A DNA stretch of 60,944 nt from an uncultured virus (IMG/VR IMGVR_UViG_3300043256_000236). Lineage: Duplodnaviria; Heunggongvirae; Uroviricota; Caudoviricetes. Below, piece by piece: positions 10,262 to 17,841 of this stretch. The notes beneath the pieces were generated by a model, which was not told the DNA's origin, did not search any database, and saw nothing but the letters and a program-made list of their open reading frames with translations. Made by a program: the position numbers and the translations under genes. Location: positions 62,001-122,944 of IMG/VR virus record IMGVR_UViG_3300043256_000236; one strand, given 5' to 3'. The first letter of the stretch is position 1; each line of letters opens with the position of its first letter.

Positions 10262-10984
10262 GTGAAAAGAAAACCCCTGCTGAGAAACGAAGATGGCTGG
10301 ATAATAAATATTTGTACAGACTGTGGTAAGACGAGGCTTTCTCGACAAAAGAAACTAAAACCATTATGTAAAAGTTGTGGCATAAAGAAAAGTTTCGTAT
10401 CTAGACCTGCCGTTGGGCTTAAAACTCTAGACAATATGGATAAAATAATAATAGAATATAAATCTGGTAGAAGTCTATTGTCTCTTGGTAAACAATATGG
10501 TGTCTCGGCAATGACAATCAGGACTAAGATTATCGATCTTGGCTGTGAAACAAGACGTCCTCCAGAGATCTCTATCCGATTAGGTACTATATCAAAGGCA
10601 CATGAACGCATTAAAGAAATGTGTAAAACAGGTGAATTCCAGCGGAATAGAAGTGCAATGTTACAAGGCGTTACAATAGAAGAATGGAAAGGTTTCATAA
10701 CACCAGAGAACAAGCGACTAGTTGCTAGCCCAGAATATAAACAATGGCAACAATCAGTATTCGGCAGAGATAATCGTATTTGCCAACTGTGCAGTAAAAC
10801 AAAATGCCCGATAGCGGCCCATCATATTTATCCTAAAGCCAAATATCCAGACATGGTTTTAGATGTTGATAACGGCATAACACTGTGTGATAAGTGTCAT
10901 CACAAAACAATTGGCAATGAAGATAAATATATAAACTTATTTACTTCAATACTCTTTGGTGGCTTATGTGGCAAAAAACGATAG
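10262..10984 (+). CDS. HNH endonuclease with N-terminal Zn-finger and HTH-like segments
   Basis: CQLC..AHHI..DVDNGITLCDKCH HNH motif; N-terminal CxxC..CxxC. Confidence 0.8.
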   Translation: MKRKPLLRNEDGWIINICTDCGKTRLSRQKKLKPLCKSCGIKKSFVSRPAVGLKTLDNMDKIIIEYKSGRSLLSLGKQYGVSAMTIRTKIIDLGCETRRPPEISIRLGTISKAHERIKEMCKTGEFQRNRSAMLQGVTIEEWKGFITPENKRLVASPEYKQWQQSVFGRDNRICQLCSKTKCPIAAHHIYPKAKYPDMVLDVDNGITLCDKCHHKTIGNEDKYINLFTSILFGGLCGKKR

Positions 10985-11280
10985 GACTTGACGGAGAAAC
11001 ATATGATTCTATATCAGAATCAAAGGTAGCCGACTGGCTATTAACTAACGATATAGAATACGAACCACACAAGCGTCTTCCGAAAAGTCGTAGTATATCC
11101 GATTTCTATCTACCAGAATATGACCTCTGGGTTGAATATGACGGTCTCATGGAAGTAAGGACTGATGATAAACTAAAGAAGAAAATAGCGTTCTACGAAA
11201 AAAGCGGATTGAAATTTTTAGTTATTACCAGAAGCAATTGGCAAAGAGACCTTGTTGGGCGAATAGAATTGGGAGGATAG
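10966..11280 (+). CDS. Small PD-(D/E)xK-type endonuclease
   Basis: S.SE..VA.WL....IEYE and DFYLPEYDLWVEYDG motifs typical of phage endonucleases. Confidence 0.65.
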   Translation: MWQKTIGLDGETYDSISESKVADWLLTNDIEYEPHKRLPKSRSISDFYLPEYDLWVEYDGLMEVRTDDKLKKKIAFYEKSGLKFLVITRSNWQRDLVGRIELGG

Positions 11281-11637
11281 ATGATACAAAAAAGGCACAC
11301 ATTCTACGGTATCTGTGGTACTATACTAGGCGTTATTTGTGGCATAGCTGGTACTGCCTTTTCTCTTGGCGCAGATAGCCAAGCTACACTGAACTCTATA
11401 GTAAAGAATGATTCAGCGATAACAGACCTTAAAACAGCAGATATCAAACATGAAACATCAGTTCAAAGAGAAATGGACAGATACGTTGTAGTTATAACAG
11501 CTCAAATGACTGGTATACAAGAATGTATATCTAATCTCACAGAGACTGTAGGAAAGTTGCGCACTGATGTCCAAGTACTAAAGGCTATAATTGAACGTGT
11601 TGAACAGAATATACAAAACAGGTCTGATCACGACTAA
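11281..11637 (+). CDS. Membrane-anchored coiled-coil protein (holin-like candidate)
   Basis: One N-terminal TM helix followed by heptad repeats; last gene of the + strand block. Confidence 0.4.
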   Translation: MIQKRHTFYGICGTILGVICGIAGTAFSLGADSQATLNSIVKNDSAITDLKTADIKHETSVQREMDRYVVVITAQMTGIQECISNLTETVGKLRTDVQVLKAIIERVEQNIQNRSDHD

Positions 11638-12107
11638 TGCCACCTGTATATAACTTCTATTGCACGACGCAAAAGAACACTCAGGACACAAGCTTCTCCG
11701 CTACTAATTGAATGATGGATCACATCCTGGGCATCACCCCTCTTTGTGCTCAGTCTAATATGAAATCGACCACCTTCATTCTTGTCAAAACGCAGAATAG
11801 CGTTGCCCTTTTCGTTTGAGTGATATAGGCCCTTATATCTGCCTGATTGAGTATCTAAAGAACCTACCCCAGCCTGCAACCCGACGAGAGTCGCAAGAAT
11901 CTCGCCTATATCGGCTATACCTAGCTTGAAGATTAGCTTGCTGTCCCAATCAAACCTGGCATTGTTGTTACTGTCCTTGCCATCCTGGCTAGCCATTTCT
12001 AAAAAGACACAATCTCTTTTAGACCCCAGACTCCACTGAGAGGCAGCACCTTGGCCATCGTTCTTAGCTTTGTATAACATATATTGTTCACTGAACTTAT
12101 CTGACAT
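11634..12107 (-). CDS. Whirly-like ssDNA-binding protein
   Basis: VFLEMA..FDWDSKLIFKLGIADIGEIL..LYH..FHIRLS..ISSGEACVL..IYRW parallels the Whirly domain pattern as I recall it. Confidence 0.55.
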   Translation of the reverse strand: MSDKFSEQYMLYKAKNDGQGAASQWSLGSKRDCVFLEMASQDGKDSNNNARFDWDSKLIFKLGIADIGEILATLVGLQAGVGSLDTQSGRYKGLYHSNEKGNAILRFDKNEGGRFHIRLSTKRGDAQDVIHHSISSGEACVLSVLLRRAIEVIYRWH

Positions 12108-13051
12108 TATTTACTATCCTTTTCTGAGGCCATTTCTCTCATTCTCGAAGAAGTAGCAACTGCGTCCTCATACGACAATGACTTCAAATTTACTTCGCCA
12201 GTCTGGTCATTCAATTCATATTTCATACCCATGCCATCCAAGATTTCTGTGATTTTAAAATCATGGCGATCGGCCATCATTCTAATGAGTGTAATCTGAC
12301 CAACATGTATTTTCCCACCAGGCTGGACATCATCCACAGCCGCCATCGTTTTACTTACTTCCTCTGCGGCCACCACACGCTTGAGAAAAAGTGCATTACG
12401 ATACATCCTGCCCTTGGCTCTAGTGTCAGCCATGGCAACCAAATACGTCGCATAATCTTCCAGACAGTTATCGCTGTGGGCATCCGCAAGGGCTTCGAAC
12501 CTTTTGGTTCTTCCCTCTGGTGTAATAAATACACCCCATGCTTTGACACATGCACGGAATCTATTTTCTTCTGTCGGAGCTGCGATCAGATCGCATCCTT
12601 CCTCTATTAGCTCACCGACAAGTTCGCAAGCCACCCGTCTAAGACCTTCAACTCGTGGGTTACTCCCATCTACTTCATCTTGAAGGAATTTCCCTAGTAC
12701 ATACTGGGTCCATTCGGGACTACTGGGAGTCGGTGGATCAGTCTCTTCTAGTTCTGGTTCATCCGTATCCGAGTCCGAGTCCTTTATGTAATCTTTTGCG
12801 TCTGGCAAACCACCATTAATGACAGTCTCGACGTCACTATCTCCATCACTACTATTCTCTGCAATGTTACTCATGACTTCCAGCCCTTCTTCTCCCTTGT
12901 TGTGTTCTTGGAGTTTTTCGCACAACGCAGGCCTCTTCAATTTATACCCTTTTCCGTCTAGCAACTGTTCCTGCGTATATCCTAGACCAATCAACGTGTC
13001 CCTGAGTTCTTGGGCCTTCATCTTAGTGGGCGGATTGGTTTTGTCTGACAT
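12107..13051 (-). CDS. Putative Rad52/Sak-like single-strand annealing protein
   Basis: AMADTRAKGRMYRNAL resembles the A.T.A.GRA helix of Rad52-superfamily annealases; acidic N-terminal linker. Confidence 0.4.
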   Translation of the reverse strand: MSDKTNPPTKMKAQELRDTLIGLGYTQEQLLDGKGYKLKRPALCEKLQEHNKGEEGLEVMSNIAENSSDGDSDVETVINGGLPDAKDYIKDSDSDTDEPELEETDPPTPSSPEWTQYVLGKFLQDEVDGSNPRVEGLRRVACELVGELIEEGCDLIAAPTEENRFRACVKAWGVFITPEGRTKRFEALADAHSDNCLEDYATYLVAMADTRAKGRMYRNALFLKRVVAAEEVSKTMAAVDDVQPGGKIHVGQITLIRMMADRHDFKITEILDGMGMKYELNDQTGEVNLKSLSYEDAVATSSRMREMASEKDSK

Positions 13052-13631
13052 TTTTCATCTCCGTTATGACTAATTTGGCTAACATTTCCGCATTAAAATC
13101 GGGAATTATAGTGTCGCACACTTGAACTCCAAATTCTTCTTCTATCAATGACTTATGAGACTCATGTCTTACCACTACCTTGATCCTGGGATCACAAAAT
13201 GCCAATTTCATATCAGACGGATCGATGCATGGCTTGTCTATGAATTCTGGATCAAATGCATAATGGTAAATAACTGGAGCGTTACTCGCCAAAGCATCTA
13301 TCGTGGTCCCTATGCTAGTTGAAATCAGCGGGTCTTCCTTCCATCTAGTAAGCTCTGACACACTGAATACTGGGTATAGCGGTGTGACACACGGAGGTAT
13401 AATATGTTGGGCAAAAACACATATGTCCACACCAGCGCACGTCTTACATAGCTCATTCATAGACGTAAGCCCAAGATATGTTAAATGCGACACAGCAAGA
13501 TGACTAAAGACAAAACCTAACACGGATATATCGTCATCCAGGCTAAGACCTATTCTACCAACCTCTTTCGACGCCTGGGTTTTCCTCATTGTTGCGTCTT
13601 TTTGTTGAGTGTTTTTGTTCCTCTTAGTCAC
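13023..13631 (-). CDS. Hypothetical protein, possibly a single GT-B Rossmann half
   Basis: Alpha/beta pattern; last gene of the glycosyltransferase block. Confidence 0.35.
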   Translation of the reverse strand: MTKRNKNTQQKDATMRKTQASKEVGRIGLSLDDDISVLGFVFSHLAVSHLTYLGLTSMNELCKTCAGVDICVFAQHIIPPCVTPLYPVFSVSELTRWKEDPLISTSIGTTIDALASNAPVIYHYAFDPEFIDKPCIDPSDMKLAFCDPRIKVVVRHESHKSLIEEEFGVQVCDTIIPDFNAEMLAKLVITEMKNVRQNQSAH

Positions 13632-14394
13632 CTGGTTGTCCCCTGCGTCGTACCACCATCTGTTGGGCTAATTTTTCCGATTGCAGTATACGTTGCCGAG
13701 CAGCGTCGTCTACCGGAGTTATAGTATTGTTGTGTAGTGGTGCTGGTATATGGTATATGAGACCTATCTCGGATATCCTAAGCATCAAATCGTATTCTTC
13801 TCTAGCAGCCATTTGTTCGTTGAAACCACTTTTTAGACTGATGAATACTTGCGACCTAACTAAAAAATTACCATCATAAGGATAGCCAGCCAATAGCCTC
13901 TGCATATCAAAAGAATTACGAAAAACTCTTTCAACTCTACCGTCTGAGTGGTAGTTGTCGCAATCACTAACTACACATGCTATCGACGGGTTACTCTGGA
14001 AAGCCCTGATAGATTGTGCAATTTTGTCTGGCGAGTACCAACTGACAGGGTCCATAAAACCAAATATAGTAACACCCTGCCACTTAGATTGCATGGCTAT
14101 ATTCAAGGTGTGTCCTGCAGAACTGATTCTTTTCCTAAAGATTCGAACAGGAACACCATTTAATGTACCTTCGAATTCAGGAGGCAGACCCTTCTTCCCA
14201 TCTAAAGTAATTTGCTTGGCGCCAAGGATCTTGCACATCAGGTCATAAGTGCCATCAGTACTATCGTTATCTCCAACGATTACTTGATTAGCTGGACGAA
14301 CACCTTTGGTTACGGAATCTAAGGATCTTCTGATAGTTCCCACATTGTTGTGTGTGACAGATACTATAGTAACGCTTTCTTTATCTTGCATCAT
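13624..14394 (-). CDS. Glycosyltransferase family 2
   Basis: VTIVSVTHN..SLDSV..VIVGDNDSTDGT..EYDLMLRI; ATGA overlap at 14394. Confidence 0.8.
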   Translation of the reverse strand: MMQDKESVTIVSVTHNNVGTIRRSLDSVTKGVRPANQVIVGDNDSTDGTYDLMCKILGAKQITLDGKKGLPPEFEGTLNGVPVRIFRKRISSAGHTLNIAMQSKWQGVTIFGFMDPVSWYSPDKIAQSIRAFQSNPSIACVVSDCDNYHSDGRVERVFRNSFDMQRLLAGYPYDGNFLVRSQVFISLKSGFNEQMAAREEYDLMLRISEIGLIYHIPAPLHNNTITPVDDAARQRILQSEKLAQQMVVRRRGQPGD

Positions 14395-15152
14395 GTCAAT
14401 CCACACTCAGAACAAAACCAAGAGAGATGCATCTCTGTTGTATTTTCTTCTTTTTTCAACTCTTCTGAGAATGATTTGCTGTCCAGAGGCTTAGTTAGTG
14501 CTAAATATGGTTTGGTTATAAACAAGCCGTACTGGTATTTATTGGGAACGATGACGGTACCTCCCACAACACAGGGGAATGACCATTGGATAACACGACT
14601 AGGTACGTTTTTTACATGGTCGGCTAAGTAGTCCATGTTTTTTACCATATTGCCAGCAGGTATTGTCATGAAAAACGGAGACCTAACCTGATTAACTATA
14701 CGTTTGATAGTATCCTCTCGTTGTAATACCGATTCGTTGTTCACACTACTGTCTACCACCGTATCTATGTTATGTTTATGGCCGAGATATTCTAACGCTA
14801 AATTACGTCGTCTACCGAAACCAGTAACGTCTATTATAATAGCTCTTTCGGCATATGGTATGTACCAACCAGTCCCCAGAGTACGTTCTAAGTCTGCTAT
14901 GGAATTAAAGTTCTCATCAAAAAACACCAATAGATCAAACTTCAGTTCATTCTCTTTCACCACCGCGTTGACCATTTTACCTATGCGTGTATCGTCTTGT
15001 CGTTTCGCCCATTTACTACTACGACAATATCTACAGTATCCGGGAGCGAAAACCACATTGTCCCTTTCGACACACACTTGTTGCAGAGCGCATCCTTTCT
15101 TAGAATCATCCTTTTTAAGGAAACAACATCCTTCACATCCCGTAGTTATCAC
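14391..15152 (-). CDS. Hypothetical protein with N-terminal Cys cluster, possibly a degenerate GT-A fold
   Basis: CxxCxF..C..CxxC N-terminus; translationally coupled within the GT block. Confidence 0.4.
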   Translation of the reverse strand: MITTGCEGCCFLKKDDSKKGCALQQVCVERDNVVFAPGYCRYCRSSKWAKRQDDTRIGKMVNAVVKENELKFDLLVFFDENFNSIADLERTLGTGWYIPYAERAIIIDVTGFGRRRNLALEYLGHKHNIDTVVDSSVNNESVLQREDTIKRIVNQVRSPFFMTIPAGNMVKNMDYLADHVKNVPSRVIQWSFPCVVGGTVIVPNKYQYGLFITKPYLALTKPLDSKSFSEELKKEENTTEMHLSWFCSECGLT

Positions 15153-15622
15153 TTTGCAGCCTCCACATAGATAGCGACACCTTCATATCTCTTGAGTAAT
15201 ATAGACAATCCAGCCTCCTTTATCATAGACAACAATGTTGACGCATCTAATATCGACATCCTTCTATCATTGTCTGCTTGTGTACCAAAGGTAATCTTAG
15301 AATATTCCTGAAGACTAAATTGGCCTTGAACAAACGCATTTGCAACCACATGGCCGTCTGGTATGAGAATCTTAAGCACTCCACCAGTTATGAGTTTGCG
15401 ACCCCAATTGGACAATGTTTGTTGAATTATGTCTGGAGGTAAATATTCTATACAGTCTGCCGCTATAATTTCATCAACAGTGTTGTCCTCGGTAATCCAA
15501 TCTAATGATTGTATATCTCCTTGCTTATAGTCAACGCCAGTAGGTAGTGCAGGAGAAGGCAGACGGTCTATGTTGACGTATCCTGTTCGTATATCTGTAC
15601 CACATCCGAGGTTCAATTTCAT
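15149..15622 (-). CDS. Class I SAM-dependent methyltransferase
   Basis: KLNLGCG..GYVNID..VDEI....IEYL..GGVLKILIPD. Confidence 0.8.
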   Translation of the reverse strand: MKLNLGCGTDIRTGYVNIDRLPSPALPTGVDYKQGDIQSLDWITEDNTVDEIIAADCIEYLPPDIIQQTLSNWGRKLITGGVLKILIPDGHVVANAFVQGQFSLQEYSKITFGTQADNDRRMSILDASTLLSMIKEAGLSILLKRYEGVAIYVEAAK

Positions 15623-15632
15623 AATTTACTCC

Positions 15633-16652
15633 TTATGACAATCTACCAGAAGGACACTTAGAAACCCTTCTAAAGATCTCATTCCATTTATTAAGAAACT
15701 GCTGTTGTCCAAACTGTTCTATAACCGTTTGTCTACCTGCATCACCTATTACTTTAGCAAGATCTTTGTCATTAATCAACAATTCTATACGCTCTCTCAT
15801 AACCTTAGGATCATTTGTTATGAAACCATTTACGCCGTCTTCTATAAATTCAGGCATTGATGTTGTTGCAGTAGTAACTATCGGGCATCCAACAGACATA
15901 GCTTCTAGTAAAGAAAATGGACAGGATGACCAAAGTGTGGTGTTAAGATATACAGACGCACGACGATAAAGGTCTCTGAGGTGGTCGGTGTTGTCTGCCA
16001 TTTTTGACAATCCAGGAGTTTCTCCCCATATACTTACTGGCAATCCTTCTGTCACTTCTTTCCATAATGAAAAACCACAAATTCTGTCTCTTTTAATATA
16101 GTCCCATACTGCAGACATTACCTTCCCATCGCCACCTACCCATCCGTTCCAGTATTCAGTATCCATTCCATGCCTTAAAACAGAAACATCTGGATCATCA
16201 AGGTCATGGAACCACGCCCCAACAGAGAAATCGGCAACAAAAATATTGTGATCACACTTTAGGTGACCAACTTGATCTGTTGTTTTATCGTCCCAGTCGG
16301 GCCATGGCAGTGTATGTTCCATCTGCAACAATGGGCAATTGAGCTGTTGTGCCAATTGTAGCATTATCGGATAATGATCTATTCTATTTTGTGTTAACAC
16401 AAGATCGAAAGATATATCTATTTTCAATTGATCTGGTATATCTTTGCCGTTAAGCATAAAAAAGTTGGGAGGTAATGGACGCTCTTTGGTATCCCATGGA
16501 TGGAATCTAGGATGTTGCAAGACGTAAAAGTTGTGACCTGTTTTTGCCAGGGTGGCACTATAGCCCTCGTGATTATTGGCGTATAGAATATTCAACGGCC
16601 TGTTGTCATCTCTATTGATACTTCTTAATACACTAGAAAGTGGTGCAGCCAT
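15633..16652 (-). CDS. Glycosyltransferase, GT-B/GT4-like
   Basis: LYRRASVYLNTT..PFSLLEAMSVGCPIVTT..EFIEDGVNGFI. Confidence 0.85.
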   Translation of the reverse strand: MAAPLSSVLRSINRDDNRPLNILYANNHEGYSATLAKTGHNFYVLQHPRFHPWDTKERPLPPNFFMLNGKDIPDQLKIDISFDLVLTQNRIDHYPIMLQLAQQLNCPLLQMEHTLPWPDWDDKTTDQVGHLKCDHNIFVADFSVGAWFHDLDDPDVSVLRHGMDTEYWNGWVGGDGKVMSAVWDYIKRDRICGFSLWKEVTEGLPVSIWGETPGLSKMADNTDHLRDLYRRASVYLNTTLWSSCPFSLLEAMSVGCPIVTTATTSMPEFIEDGVNGFITNDPKVMRERIELLINDKDLAKVIGDAGRQTVIEQFGQQQFLNKWNEIFRRVSKCPSGRLS

Positions 16653-16662
16653 TTGTTTACCT

Positions 16663-17841
16663 CTATTCAGTCAAAAGACCCTTGGCTATCATCCCCACTT
16701 TGGGATAGCTGAATTCAGCCGCACGTCGTTTTGCAGCATCTCCCCTAATACTCAATTTGTCGTCTTGCCACGCCGTATATGCGTGTTTCATACATTGAAT
16801 CAGGGCTTTTATGTCTGGGTCAAACCAGAATTCGTCCCCGGTGTATAAATCAGGGAAACTGTCAACCATACCAAAACATGGTGTTAACTGTCCATTAACT
16901 AGCCAACCACAATTAATACGTGGACACCATCTAAACCGTTTACTATCTGAATCCCAGTCTCTCTGAGTTGTTTTTATTGTTAGTTCTGGGAAAGAACCCC
17001 AGTTGCTCAGAATCACAGGATTACAAAAGCCCATAGCATCGTGTGCTGGGATACCCCAGGCTTCCCCATGGGATGCCGAAACAAAAACATCACCTGTCAC
17101 ATGGATTTTATCTAGTTCATTTTCAGAAAGAAAGTTGGTCATACACACTACTGGCGGATAGTATGGGTGCCTTATGTATATATGTAAAGACTTCTTGATG
17201 TCCTGGATTGTGGTTCTTAAGATATTAATTGCTTCGTCTGATTTCTTACCTGGTACATTAGTTTTGATAACCAAAACAACATCATCTCGAAGACTAAATG
17301 CACTATAGAATGCTCTCAAAACTGCTACTATATTTTTCCTCCGAGTCATTTCCCCTATAGTATAAAAAACACACTTATTTTTGAATTCTGGTGAATCAAT
17401 GGGTTCCGGAGGATTGTCGAATCTTTTTATATCACATGCACATGGTAAGATTTTTACTGGTACCGTAACACCACTGTCTTTCGCAGCCTGCGCATTCTGT
17501 AGAGATGGAACCCATAATTCGTCCATAAGATTGCAACAATGTGCCCAGTTTGATCTACTAAAATGAGTTGTCTCCCAACACATCATACCAATATTTTTTA
17601 CCCCAGCTTTGTATTCGAACTGATGAGGTAAAACGTGTTGAATTACTACCGATACGTTGTCAACAGATTTCTTTTCTAGATGTTCTACTTTTTCCGCTAG
17701 TTCAAGATTGCTGCTTGGAGATAGTTTTATTGCTCTAGCAACAACATCGATGCCACCAGCTTCCATAGCCAACATATTATGCACAGCTTGGTTACTATAC
17801 CCAGTACCATCACGAAATACAGATAAATAAGCAACCTTCAT
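16663..17841 (-). CDS. Glycosyltransferase, GT-B/GT4-like
   Basis: TGYS..WETT..RKN..DVFVSASHGEAWGIPAHDAM. Confidence 0.85.
   Translation of the reverse strand: MKVAYLSVFRDGTGYSNQAVHNMLAMEAGGIDVVARAIKLSPSSNLELAEKVEHLEKKSVDNVSVVIQHVLPHQFEYKAGVKNIGMMCWETTHFSRSNWAHCCNLMDELWVPSLQNAQAAKDSGVTVPVKILPCACDIKRFDNPPEPIDSPEFKNKCVFYTIGEMTRRKNIVAVLRAFYSAFSLRDDVVLVIKTNVPGKKSDEAINILRTTIQDIKKSLHIYIRHPYYPPVVCMTNFLSENELDKIHVTGDVFVSASHGEAWGIPAHDAMGFCNPVILSNWGSFPELTIKTTQRDWDSDSKRFRWCPRINCGWLVNGQLTPCFGMVDSFPDLYTGDEFWFDPDIKALIQCMKHAYTAWQDDKLSIRGDAAKRRAAEFSYPKVGMIAKGLLTE

Noticed and set aside
83..10713. Many - strand ORFs opposite the structural genes
   Set aside because: They are shadows of longer + strand genes, with no recognisable motifs
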